From: a virus
Virus record (IMG/VR): IMGVR_UViG_3300035183_000733
Span: 26,496 to 90,495 of that record
Length of the DNA: 64,000 nucleotides
Direction: 5' to 3' (one strand)
The notes beneath the pieces were generated by a model, which was given only the letters and a program-made list of their open reading frames with translations, did no database searches and was not told the origin of the DNA. Shown piece by piece: positions 17,649 to 26,369 of this stretch. Both the position numbers and the translations under genes were made by a program. Each line of letters starts with the position of its first letter. The first letter of the stretch is position 1.

Positions 17649-17790
17649 ATAAGTTGGGTCGTGTTTTCTTTTTTTTATATATTCGTTCGTGTAGAAACCG
17701 ATTAAGATATTTGAGATACAGCCGCAGCAACTGACCGCCGACATAATACGGGGCAGCCTATCGAGCCGCGAGCTCCAGGCCTGTGCCGAC

Positions 17791-18009
17791 ATGCAGCGAT
17801 ACTACTGCATAGATGGTGAGGCCGAGGCCGCCAAACTCGCGATGCTGAGGAACACGGCCAGGTTCCACCAGTACGAGACATGGGTCGACATAGACGCTGG
17901 TTGTGGGGTCAACGTGATACTGCACTACGGAGCTCCTTCGGTGTGCTATCCGCTCGAGCTCAGGTACAGGGACATATTTGAGTTCGAGATGACGGCGGCA
18001 GTTACATAA
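17791..18009 (+). CDS. hypothetical protein
   Basis: ORF only. Confidence 0.3.
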   Translation: MQRYYCIDGEAEAAKLAMLRNTARFHQYETWVDIDAGCGVNVILHYGAPSVCYPLELRYRDIFEFEMTAAVT

Positions 18010-18389
18010 ACGTCAACTATACGGGCGGTTCCCAATAACGCAGTTCGAGTGGAGCGACCACCCGTACAAGAACCACAGGCCCCTGTGCGGCGCAAGGCTG
18101 ACCGGATCATTCCTTCTCGAGCGAGACGAGTTCGAGTTCGGCAAGTTCTTCCACGGATGGTACGACGAGCGCGACCCGGTCCGACTGGTACTGCCCGATA
18201 AAGCTGTGGGACCCTGTGGCTGATGCCGTTAGGGTGGAAAGAATTTGCGGGAACGATACCTTCATTTCTGAATTTGGGTATATTTGTAACATAAAGATGT
18301 ACGAGCTGATAACTGGCGAGGAATACACGCGCTGGAGATTAACAGCTACGGATTTTAAGTAGTAATTATAAACATAAAAATAGAAAACC

Positions 18390-18713
18390 ATGTCAAAAAT
18401 GCACATTCCTACATTCGACGCAGCTATGGAAGCGTTCGAAAATGGCGGTGATAAGGCCGCAAAACGTGACGAGGCAAAACTCGCGAAATTCAACCAACTG
18501 CAGACCCGCAAGAGCGACCTTGAGATCAAGGTGTTGAAGCAGGGACAGAAGCTGCAGAAATCATACTACGACCCGTCAATCGACAGCGTTCAGGTTCTTC
18601 TGGACCTGCATGTTCTGGAGAAGGAGCTTGAGGCCTGCAAGGTGCTCATGGAGGCGCTGTTCCCTAACGGGATCACCTTCAACAACACGCCCAAGGTTGC
18701 CGAGAAGGCTTAA
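18390..18713 (+). CDS. hypothetical protein
   Basis: ORF followed by a terminator. Confidence 0.45.
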   Translation: MSKMHIPTFDAAMEAFENGGDKAAKRDEAKLAKFNQLQTRKSDLEIKVLKQGQKLQKSYYDPSIDSVQVLLDLHVLEKELEACKVLMEALFPNGITFNNTPKVAEKA

Positions 18714-18844
18714 GAAATTGCACTCGGTAAATAGGGAGTACATCCCGTTCCCGTGAGACGTGTCTGAGCTGTACACCGGTCCTAAATTGCGTAGAGAACA
18801 GTTATCTCGGCAGGCTCGATACCTGCAGTACGATACCAATTGTA

Positions 18845-18870
18845 AAAAAGGCCCCCAGCGGGCCTTTTTA
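18845..18870 (+). terminator. rho-independent terminator
   Basis: AAAAAAGGCCCCCAGCGGGCCTTTTTAC. Confidence 0.65.
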
Positions 18871-18873
18871 CTT

Positions 18874-18890
18874 GATATATAAGAAAAGAA
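18874..18890 (+). promoter_or_regulatory. candidate promoter, GATATATAAGAAAAG
   Basis: the GATATATAAGAAAA variant also occurs at 23661 and 23726; ATG of the next gene is 14-20 nt downstream. Confidence 0.4.
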
Positions 18891-18903
18891 AAACAAGGAT
18901 ACA

Positions 18904-19809
18904 ATGAAGCTCAAAAGGTTCAATACGCTAAACGAAGGCAGGATGAAGGAATTACTGTACGATGTTGTCGATCAGGTAGTTCCGAAGATAGACACCAAGG
19001 AATATCACAAGGCCAAGGACAAGGTCGCGTTCCTGAACAAGGAACTCGATAATGCCATGAGGGACATGGAGCCGAAGACCGCCGAGTACACCGACAAGTT
19101 CCGCGACGGCATAATGGGCGCCATCATGCACCAGATGGAGGAGGCGGTAGAATCCGCCAACGTGGAGGAGGCATTCGACCGCGACGACACGTTCAAGAGC
19201 GACGAGGATTACAAGGAGGCGAGGAAGAAGCTCGACGCTTATCAGGCTGCCGTTGACGCATGGATGAAGGCGAACAAGACAAACGGCATACCGGTTGAGG
19301 TGACCAAGGATTTTCCGCACGCTGCCGAGATAACAAACGACCTCAGAAGCAAGATCGAGAAGTTTGAGTTCCTCTCGGAGGAGCCTGTCAAGTATTTCGT
19401 GTACATCAGCGAGAAGAACAAGACTGCAACCACGTGGACCGGTCAGAAGCTCGGAGACGTGACGTTCGGCAGGGAGTTCCGCAGCAACATGGGCGACAAG
19501 AGAGTACCGGTCAGCGTCAAGGCGTTGAACGGACTAAACTACTACGGCACGTTCTTCAAGAGCGCAGGTGATTACGCTGTGATAAAGAAATCTAAGAAGC
19601 AGACGGTACAGCAGGCACCAGCACCGCTTGAGGCCACCAATGAGGATCAGAGATATTACAGCAACGGGGTGAAACACGCGGATGGCAACGCCGTCACGAA
19701 GAGTGCCGGCACCGGGAAGATAAAGAGGTTCGCCGATATGTCGAAGGATCAGAAGAACAAAGCCGACGACAAGAAGACGAAACCGTCAAGTCCAAGGACT
19801 ACCTCGTGA
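18904..19809 (+). CDS. hypothetical protein (301 aa), Lys-rich C-terminus
   Basis: ORF downstream of the promoter motif. Confidence 0.55.
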   Translation: MKLKRFNTLNEGRMKELLYDVVDQVVPKIDTKEYHKAKDKVAFLNKELDNAMRDMEPKTAEYTDKFRDGIMGAIMHQMEEAVESANVEEAFDRDDTFKSDEDYKEARKKLDAYQAAVDAWMKANKTNGIPVEVTKDFPHAAEITNDLRSKIEKFEFLSEEPVKYFVYISEKNKTATTWTGQKLGDVTFGREFRSNMGDKRVPVSVKALNGLNYYGTFFKSAGDYAVIKKSKKQTVQQAPAPLEATNEDQRYYSNGVKHADGNAVTKSAGTGKIKRFADMSKDQKNKADDKKTKPSSPRTTS

Positions 19810-20037
19810 AGGGTTACAAGATGGACGAAAAGCTGGACCTTGCACAAATATCTGACGACCTGAAGTCCAACTTCAGGTCGTGGGAGCAGGATCACGACAA
19901 CCTGAAAGGTATCTTGCCACCGTGATGTTAGGCGACGTGAACGTCAACGATTGGCTCGTGGAAAATAAGCTGGCGGAAAAAAAACGTATTGATTCGCGGC
20001 ACTTTGATAAAAAGTTTGTACATTTGTGAAACAATTC

Positions 20038-20062
20038 GGATATATAAGATATAAACGATAAC
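20038..20062 (+). promoter_or_regulatory. candidate promoter, CGGATATATAAGATATAAACGATAAC
   Basis: near-identical to the 4361 motif including the preceding aacaattcgg. Confidence 0.45.
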
Positions 20063-20131
20063 ATGAAAAACTTGATACACATACACCATATATGGCAGCT
20101 CTCACAGGGCCCGGCGGTGTATTCTGTATAA
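20063..20131 (+). CDS. short leader ORF (22 aa, MKNLIHIHH..)
   Basis: same promoter / ORF / terminator / tRNA arrangement as at 4464, 16171 and 25742. Confidence 0.25.
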   Translation: MKNLIHIHHIWQLSQGPAVYSV

Positions 20132-20160
20132 AGATCCATGGTTTGATTGATTATACGAAA

Positions 20161-20192
20161 ATCCCCGAGGCCAGAAGTCTCGGGGATTTTTC
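20161..20192 (+). terminator. rho-independent terminator / processing hairpin
   Basis: ATCCCCGAGG-ccagaagt-CTCGGGGATTTTTC. Confidence 0.65.
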
Positions 20193-20196
20193 ATTT

Positions 20197-20267
20197 ACGG
20201 GCGTAGTTCAATGGTAGAATAGCGGTCTCCAAAACCGTTGATGGGGGTTCGAATCCCTCCACCCGTG
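20197..20267 (+). tRNA. tRNA-Trp (CCA)
   Basis: anticodon arm gcggt-ctccaaa-accgt; T-arm ggggg-ttcgaat-ccctc; 4-nt variable loop. Confidence 0.8.
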
Positions 20268-20313
20268 GGAATATTTAAGCTGATACCTCCACGTGGTATA
20301 TTCTGGTAACCCT

Positions 20314-20700
20314 TTATGGGGCTAAATTCAGCTTAGTGATTAGGATATTTTTGATAATATCAAAATACTTAGCACAGTTACGTTCTTTGAAGTATTTTAA
20401 TGAGGAAGTGTCTATTATGACTAATTCTATTCCGCGCTCTAAACAGGCCTGGAATTTATGATGGTCATTGTTACGTATCTGTTCCAATTTAGCTGAACCA
20501 TGGATTAGTTCATAATGGTATATGCCGTTAAGTTCGAACGCGAGTTTCATCGATGGAATATAGATGTCGAGCTCGGCATTGTTGCCAAGTTCGTTCGCGC
20601 GATTGCGGGAGTGCTCTACTACAAAGTGGAAGTCGATGGCGGAGCGTACGAATTCCCGGTAGACATGAACGACAAGGAAGATGTCGGCACTGCTACGTTC
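20314..20700 (-). CDS. DUF559 / Vsr-like endonuclease-fold protein (homing-endonuclease-like); start uncertain
   Basis: LDIYIPSMKLAFELNGIYHYE...KFQACLERGIELVII matches the D-x-Y-x-P..KLAIE-DG..H signature; the listed N-terminus runs into tRNA sequence and is not coding. Confidence 0.4.
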   Translation of the reverse strand, partial: ERSSADIFLVVHVYREFVRSAIDFHFVVEHSRNRANELGNNAELDIYIPSMKLAFELNGIYHYELIHGSAKLEQIRNNDHHKFQACLERGIELVIIDTSSLKYFKERNCAKYFDIIKNILITKLNLAP

Positions 20701-20820
20701 GACGCAGAGATCAAGGCGATAACGTTGATGCGTTACATACGCAAGGCCGACGTAAACACGACTTGCCCCCGGTGTTCCCACCGTGCTGCGGGCAGTCCAA
20801 AGCACTAACGGTGGGACATG

Positions 20821-20905
20821 GGGATTGTAGTCGGTAAGGGATGCCGGCCGGTTTGTGGAGCCGGAATGACAAAGTCTAATGCGGGTTCGAATCCCGTCTT
20901 TCCCC
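20821..20905 (+). ncRNA. tRNA-like element, atypical (good T-arm, weak acceptor, 5-bp stem with 11-nt loop)
   Basis: T-arm gcggg-ttcgaat-cccgt; acceptor gggattg/ctttccc pairs 5 of 7; ccggc/gccgg stem with oversized loop. Confidence 0.3.
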
Positions 20906-20918
20906 CAGGTTTTTTTAT

Positions 20919-20993
20919 GGTAGACGTAGCTCAATTGGTTAGAGCGCCAGATTGTGGTTCTGGAGGTTGTGAGTTCGATCCTCATCGTTTACC
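20919..20993 (+). tRNA. tRNA-His (GTG) with G-1
   Basis: extra 5' G pairs with discriminator C; anticodon arm ccaga-ttgtggt-tctgg; T-arm gtgag-ttcgatc-ctcat. Confidence 0.8.
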
Positions 20994-21065
20994 CAACGTT
21001 CCTCGGGCTATCGCAGCTACCGCGCTGTGTGTGGTCGCACGTGAGATAGGTCAAGGCTCACAAAT

Positions 21066-21134
21066 AGGCGGATACCGTTGGTTGGTAAGTTGCGATTGCA
21101 TCAAACGTGGGTTCGAGCCCCACTCCGCCTACCA
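21066..21134 (+). ncRNA. truncated tRNA-like element (66 nt + CCA): acceptor and T-arm present, no D or anticodon arms
   Basis: acceptor aggcgga/tccgcct perfect; T-arm gtggg-ttcgagc-cccac; ends ACCA. Confidence 0.35.
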
Positions 21135-21520
21135 TTTTTCCGTTTTATAAATTTGCATCATGCAAGAACGGATTGCCGAGATACGAGAACTGCTCTGGAT
21201 ATAGGTGCAGACTCGGTCGGCGCCTCGTCCGCGGCCGGCAGTTGCCATATACCGGTGACCGGGAATATTCGGACAGAATTGGTACCGTACCAGGAGTTTC
21301 TATTCAGGAGCTGCGCGGGTGGACGCCGAGCGTGCAAGCGCCGAACTGTCGTGGCCGATGGAAACATTGAATATCTCGGGACATATTTTTCAAGGCGTGG
21401 ATAACCAACTGGCTCCGTGACTTCGACAATTTCCTCCGTAGGAAGAGAATGTGCGAAATAACGTCTATCTTCGAGAAACGATTGTGGACGCGAACAGCGT
21501 GGAGAACGCGCAAGATATAA

Positions 21521-21590
21521 GGGCCCGTAGCTCAGTTGGTTAGGTTCAACGAGGACTGGAACGCGTTTAAGCCTCGAGTCATCCGGCCCC
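21521..21590 (+). ncRNA. degenerate tRNA-like element (canonical 5' half GGGCCCGTAGCTCAGTTGGTTAG, non-canonical 3' half)
   Basis: 5' acceptor gggcccg pairs with ccggccc at 21583-21589 in 6 of 7 positions; no standard T-loop. Confidence 0.3.
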
Positions 21591-21635
21591 AACCGTGGTG
21601 AGGCGCACGATGGATAGGTCAAGGCCATCAAATTT

Positions 21636-21726
21636 CGGCAGGTACCGTTGGTGTCTTATACACACTATACACGTAGCTGGTATGTTGAGATCACATCAAA
21701 CGTGGGTTCGAGTCCCACCCTGCCGA
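21636..21726 (+). ncRNA. tRNA-like element paralogous to 21066..21134 with a ~25-nt internal insertion
   Basis: acceptor cggcagg/cctgccg perfect; shares TACCGTTGGT...ATCAAACGTGGGTTCGAG(T/C)CCCA with 21066..21134. Confidence 0.35.
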
Positions 21727-22177
21727 CTTTTCTAATTCGTTCTTTTTATTTAATTTTGCCATTATGTGCAGGCTCGAAGAAATCAGATCATCGCTAATGG
21801 CTGAGGCCAGGGCCCAGGTGGACCGCATGCGTATAAACGTGAGCGTTCCTACGATGGACGGAAGGCCGACGAGCATGTCACGCAGCTGTGTATCGCGAAC
21901 GAGAAGAAGTACAAGCTGAACCAGACATTCGACTCCATAGCGCTTCCGAAGCTGACGGTGGACTCGGTTGTTAACCCGTTCGCAGAGGAGGCCAAGCAGA
22001 TAAATAATGCAGCAGGAGGGCGAGTTCTTCAAGGCGTGGATACACAGCTGGCTGCGGTTTCCTTACGCGAGTCAGGAATATCCGTGCAAAAATGAAGTGG
22101 TGGATATATTGGCGATCTTTTGCCCTAACACAAAATGGACAGAAGCAAAAAATAAAACGCGCAGATGATTATTTACC

Positions 22178-22252
22178 GGTCCCTTAGCTCAGGTGGTTTA
22201 GAGCAAATCACTCATAATGATAAGGTCGGGGGTTCAAGTCCCTCAGGGACCA
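22178..22252 (+). tRNA. tRNA-Met (CAT) (elongator Met or Ile-lysidine type)
   Basis: anticodon loop ctcataa; T-arm ggggg-ttcaagt-ccctc; acceptor ggtccct/agggacc. Confidence 0.75.
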
Positions 22253-22271
22253 CAATTAGAAAAGCAAAAGC

Positions 22272-22577
22272 ATGTCAGATTTTAAAGTAGAGCGGACTTA
22301 CAAAGAAGTCGGCGTCATTAAGAAGCAGGGCACAGACCTAACACACCTCGTAACAAAGTTCAATGGTCCCCTCGATGGTCTTAAAACAATGACCGTCAAA
22401 CCGGGCGTGGGCGAGTACTCGTGGGTGCAGAGCCTGATAGTCCCGCTCAAGAGCAACGAGACTATATACATTCACCCGGACCAGACCGGCGTCGGCGTCG
22501 GATTCGTCCGCATAATTCATTCCCATTTAAAGGCTATCGCCGTATTCCACAAGTCACATTTCGATACCATATTATGA
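22272..22577 (+). CDS. hypothetical protein
   Basis: stop overlaps the SET gene start (ATGA). Confidence 0.45.
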   Translation: MSDFKVERTYKEVGVIKKQGTDLTHLVTKFNGPLDGLKTMTVKPGVGEYSWVQSLIVPLKSNETIYIHPDQTGVGVGFVRIIHSHLKAIAVFHKSHFDTIL

Positions 22578-23092
22578 AGTGCGTGAGAGTCGGCAAGTCG
22601 GCGATTGTGGGCAAGGGACTGTTCGCGTGCGAGCCCATAAGACCAGGAGACGAAATCGCGGAATACGTCGGCCGCAAGCTAACCAACAAAGAATTCGACA
22701 TCTTGTTCTCCGCGGGCATGTGGCTCTATGCAGTTTCCGTGCCGAACGGCGTTATCGACGCCGCGGGGGCGGAGTGGGACGGTTATCCTGCAAAGTTCAG
22801 CAACGACGCCATGGGGCTAACAAGAACCGGCGCAAGGAACAACGCGACATTCAGGTACTCCGGCAAGAGGGGCAACTACCGGGTGCACATCGTGGCGACC
22901 AGGTACATAAAATCCGGCGACGAGATATTCACTTCATACGGCCGGAGCTATTGGAGCAATTTTAAAAATGAGCAAGAACTAAATAGAGCAGCCTGCATTA
23001 CTACGGTCTCGGTGAGGACCGGGAGAAGGATCCCCTCGACGACCCCCACTTCTACGACAGGATGCGGAGCATCGGATACACCAAGCGTGTGA
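22574..23092 (+). CDS. SET-domain protein lysine methyltransferase
   Basis: GKGLFACEPIRPGDEIAEYVG, FSNDAMG..NATF (NHSC-like), YIKSGDEIFTSYGRSYW; aligns along the viral vSET / SET core; start reset to ATG 22574. Confidence 0.8.
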   Translation: MKCVRVGKSAIVGKGLFACEPIRPGDEIAEYVGRKLTNKEFDILFSAGMWLYAVSVPNGVIDAAGAEWDGYPAKFSNDAMGLTRTGARNNATFRYSGKRGNYRVHIVATRYIKSGDEIFTSYGRSYWSNFKNEQELNRAACITTVSVRTGRRIPSTTPTSTTGCGASDTPSV

Positions 23093-23660
23093 TACCGTTG
23101 CCGATGAGGTGCGTCTGTATGTATATTACGAGCGACAAACCGGTTCGTCCATTGATGAATTGAAACCGGTATCCGGCCCGCGCAAGCATGAAATGAACGT
23201 GTATACTGCTCTCGAGTATGTGTTCACCAAGAAGGTGCTTAATCACGAGGAGCTTCGCATATCCATAAAAGAATGATAGGAGATATTTGTTTTTGGACGA
23301 CCAGAGACAGCCGGATGAAGTTGTAGGTTACGAAGGCATAGAATGGAGTCGTAAAAAAACGGTCACGAATTCGAAGATTACCTGAACCAGAACGGTATCC
23401 CCGACGTCATATCGTTTGACCACGACCACGACGACGAACATTACGACATAGACTGGGAGAAGGTATACTTCTTCGGGGAGCTATATTCGTACAAGGAGGA
23501 CACCGGTTTGGACTGCCTTAAGAAGCTCATCCGCAGGCTCACAATGAAGGAACCGCATCCGGACAACTGGCCGAGGTGCACGTCGCATTCACTCAATTCG
23601 GTAGGCCGGGCCGAAATAAACAAACTCCTCGAAACTTGGTCGTTTCCTCAATTTGGCCAG

Positions 23661-23735
23661 GATATATAAGAAAACAACGCCGGAATTCAAGTCAACGCCG
23701 GAAGCACTTTCTCCTATCCGGACAGGATATATAAG
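23661..23735 (+). promoter_or_regulatory. two tandem copies of candidate promoter motif GATATATAAGAAAA, 65 nt apart
   Basis: copies at 23661-23674 and 23726-23739; gene ATG at 23756. Confidence 0.4.
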
Positions 23736-23755
23736 AAAAATATCAATCCTTAAAA

Positions 23756-24235
23756 ATGAAAATATTCAGGTTCGAAGAGTTCTCGGTCAACGAGAAACTA
23801 ACCGACGCTGGTCAGGACTATGTGTCGAAAAAGATCGCGAAGCTCCGCGGTGAGGGTAAGGGCCCAAAGCAGGCGGCGGCCATAGCGTACAGCTACGCAA
23901 GGCGCAAGGGATACAAGGTACCCGCGAAGAAAAACGAGTCGGACAACCCGCTCAACGACGATAACTCTACGCTCGACATCAAGACGATGACGTCGCTCCA
24001 GTTCTACAAACTGATAGACCTGCTCGAGGCGGACATCACCGCATACGGGCAGGAGGATCTCCAGTACTACGAGGAGATGACTGGGCTCGACACAGGGACC
24101 CTGCTCGACCTCTACACAACATACGGTTACAACCTGCATAAATACGCAGAGACCGAGAAGCTCAAGAGGGCGTATATGAGTCACGCGGGTAAGACCTGGG
24201 AGCAAATTAAAAAAGAAGCCGAAGAGGCCGAGTAA
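23756..24235 (+). CDS. hypothetical protein
   Basis: ORF. Confidence 0.5.
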   Translation: MKIFRFEEFSVNEKLTDAGQDYVSKKIAKLRGEGKGPKQAAAIAYSYARRKGYKVPAKKNESDNPLNDDNSTLDIKTMTSLQFYKLIDLLEADITAYGQEDLQYYEEMTGLDTGTLLDLYTTYGYNLHKYAETEKLKRAYMSHAGKTWEQIKKEAEEAE

Positions 24236-24237
24236 TC

Positions 24238-25038
24238 ATGGCAACAAGAAAAGCATTCCAAGGGGAGAACTACAAGAGGTCCGGCGAGTACGTAGGCAAC
24301 TACAACGGCGGCAGATCCGAGGTTCAGGAAATGACGAGCACCCTCAAGAGAAGGAACGTAAGGTCCATGGCGGGCAACAGCTCATACATCGGCAAGCGCG
24401 TCCTGCTCATACACAACAACGACCTCGAGAAGGCGGTCAAGGTGCTGAAGGAGTTCTACCCGAAGCACTACGCCACAGAGCTCGCGGCAAATCTTAAGAG
24501 GGATGTTGATACAGACAAGAAGATGGGTGTGTTCGAGAGTGGGATGAAGAACCTCATGACCTTTGAGAATTACTCACATAAAAAGGCAGTATTCGGTGAT
24601 TTTTCCAAGAAGGACCAAGAGCAGATCGACTACTTTATAGAGAAGTTTGCGACCAAGATGGGTGGCACCACGAGACAATCAGCCGCATGGTGGGTCGATG
24701 GCATAACAGAGATCAGCGACGATATCAAGCGTGCGGTATGGGCCGGGATACAGGAGTACATACCCAAGAGGCCGTTCCCTCTTAATAAGGCAGACTTACC
24801 TGAGTGGACAAATGAGTCCGAGCTTAAGGATGACAAGGCAGACGAGACTCACATCTCATTGACCGAGGATGACTTCCGTGCACTCGTTGCCGGCGAAATA
24901 ATTACTCCTGAGGACTTCCCGCCGCACCTGGACAAGCTAAAGCTCGCGCTGCAGGACATCGGCCAGGATAACATGATCCGTATAATAACGGACGAGATGT
25001 ACAAGGCGCGCAAAGCCGGAGATAAAAATATGAACTAA
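24238..25038 (+). CDS. hypothetical protein
   Basis: ORF 3 nt after the previous stop. Confidence 0.55.
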   Translation: MATRKAFQGENYKRSGEYVGNYNGGRSEVQEMTSTLKRRNVRSMAGNSSYIGKRVLLIHNNDLEKAVKVLKEFYPKHYATELAANLKRDVDTDKKMGVFESGMKNLMTFENYSHKKAVFGDFSKKDQEQIDYFIEKFATKMGGTTRQSAAWWVDGITEISDDIKRAVWAGIQEYIPKRPFPLNKADLPEWTNESELKDDKADETHISLTEDDFRALVAGEIITPEDFPPHLDKLKLALQDIGQDNMIRIITDEMYKARKAGDKNMN

Positions 25039-25111
25039 CCGGGAATCCTGAACCACTCTCACGGCAGAACACGGATGGAAGCACAGGAGCTACTCATAAA
25101 ATAATCATTAC

Positions 25112-25360
25112 ATGAATAAGATAAAGGACGCGCTATACTGGATGACGCACACGAAGCTCGGGTGGCTTTTAATATCGTTCGTGTGGTTCGCCGTGTTCAT
25201 GGCCATAGACAATAACGTGGAAGGATCCTGGGCTTTCTGGACAGCGATGCCCGCCCTCGCATACATAACGGGGCTGACACTCGTGATGATTGCGTACGCC
25301 TGGGTGATAAACCCCATAAGAGAGCACAAGGAAAACAAGAGGCTGCGGGAGGGAAAATAG
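25112..25360 (+). CDS. small membrane protein (2 TM), TAG stop
   Basis: hydrophobic stretches; stop codon TAG at 25358. Confidence 0.5.
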   Translation: MNKIKDALYWMTHTKLGWLLISFVWFAVFMAIDNNVEGSWAFWTAMPALAYITGLTLVMIAYAWVINPIREHKENKRLREGK

Positions 25361-25433
25361 TTTTCTGACGGTAGCGTACGGTTAGAATAATTGTGTTATC
25401 TTTGTATCTGTAACTAATAAAACTGTAAGTAAA

Positions 25434-25682
25434 ATGAAAAACATCTTCGTAAGCAGCTTGCCTTTCAAGCTGACTGAGAGCGAGCTTCAGGCCGCTTTCG
25501 AAAAGCATGGTGAGGTAACCTCTGCCAAAATTATCAAGGACCGCGAAACCAACCGTAGCAAGGGATATGGGTTCGTAGAGATGTCTGACGATGAAGCCGC
25601 AACAAAGGCTATCGCAGCTCTTAACGGTTCTGAGTTTGGTGGTCGTTCCATCATCGTTAATGAGGCACGCCCGAAAGCATAA
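25434..25682 (+). CDS. RRM-type RNA-binding protein
   Basis: RNP-2 IFVSSLP and RNP-1 KGYGFVEM; overall like cyanobacterial Rbp proteins. Confidence 0.85.
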   Translation: MKNIFVSSLPFKLTESELQAAFEKHGEVTSAKIIKDRETNRSKGYGFVEMSDDEAATKAIAALNGSEFGGRSIIVNEARPKA

Positions 25683-25727
25683 TAAAGAAAAAACAAAGTA
25701 ATTGCAGCCGAAACAAAACGCGCCGCA

Positions 25728-25741
25728 GATATATAATGTAC
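25728..25741 (+). promoter_or_regulatory. candidate promoter, GATATATAATGTAC
   Basis: truncated version of the GATATATA motif ahead of a leader ORF. Confidence 0.35.
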
Positions 25742-25822
25742 GATGAAGCAAATGATTAACATAGTTCGAATTAGCAGAAGGCGCTCAGACGTCCTGTCCG
25801 GATTATGTCCAATCGTAAGCTG
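25742..25822 (+). CDS. short leader ORF (26 aa, MKQMINIVRIS..)
   Basis: nucleotide-level similarity to the 16171 leader (ATGAAGCAAATGATTAACATAGT vs ATGAAGAAGATGATCAACATAGT). Confidence 0.3.
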
Positions 25823-25844
25823 ATAACATCGCTTTTCTTTTGGG

Positions 25845-25880
25845 ACAAGAAACCCGGACCTAATCGTCCGGGTTTTTTAT
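25845..25880 (+). terminator. rho-independent terminator / processing hairpin
   Basis: AAACCCGGAC-ctaatc-GTCCGGGTTTTTTATTTT. Confidence 0.65.
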
Positions 25881-25887
25881 TTTACAC

Positions 25888-25961
25888 TGGTGTGTGACCA
25901 AGCTGGTTAAGGCACCTCCCTGATACGGAGGAAATCGTGGGTTCGACTCCCACCGCACCAA
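25888..25961 (+). tRNA. tRNA-Ile (GAT)
   Basis: anticodon arm cctcc-ctgatac-ggagg; T-arm gtggg-ttcgact-cccac. Confidence 0.75.
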
Positions 25962-25966
25962 CAAAT

Positions 25967-26019
25967 AGTCGCTTAGCTCAGTTGGTTGGTCCCCAGTTCG
26001 AGTCTGGAAGCGACTACCA
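25967..26019 (+). ncRNA. tRNA minihelix-like element (acceptor + D-region + T-arm + CCA, no anticodon arm)
   Basis: AGTCGCT-TA-GCTCAGTTGGTTGGT-CCCAG-TTCGAGT-CTGGA-AGCGACT-A-CCA; perfect 7-bp acceptor. Confidence 0.35.
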
Positions 26020-26085
26020 AGCCAGTCAATATGCGGGATGGCTTGCATTGTTACCGGACATTAAACCACCCGGGCGTTAGAGAAT

Positions 26086-26159
26086 GCACGCGTAGATCAA
26101 CTGGATAGATCACCTGACTACGGATCAGGAGGCTGGGGGTTCGAATCCTTTCGCGTGTA
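26086..26159 (+). tRNA. tRNA-Arg (ACG)
   Basis: D-stem gatc/gatc; anticodon arm cctga-ctacgga-tcagg; acceptor gcacgcg/cgcgtgt. Confidence 0.75.
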
Positions 26160-26221
26160 CAAAATGCCTCAGTAGTCCCGTCGGCTTCGGAACCGATAGG
26201 GCAGAATATGAATTAAGATAC

Positions 26222-26294
26222 GGTCCCGTAGCTCAGCGGATAGAGCATTTGCCTTCTAAGCAAAGGGTCACTGGTTCGAATCCAGTCGGGATCA
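26222..26294 (+). tRNA. tRNA-Arg (TCT)
   Basis: anticodon arm tttgc-cttctaa-gcaaa; T-arm actgg-ttcgaat-ccagt. Confidence 0.8.
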
Positions 26295-26369
26295 CAAAAA
26301 GTAAAGTTATGAAACTGAACATCAAAAAAAGTAAAACAGATCCCTAAGGAAGTCAATTCCAAGTTCGGA

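Noticed and set aside
20515-20808. Plus-strand 97-aa ORF overlapping the DUF559 gene
   Set aside because: The opposite strand carries a recognisable endonuclease signature; this one has no motif.
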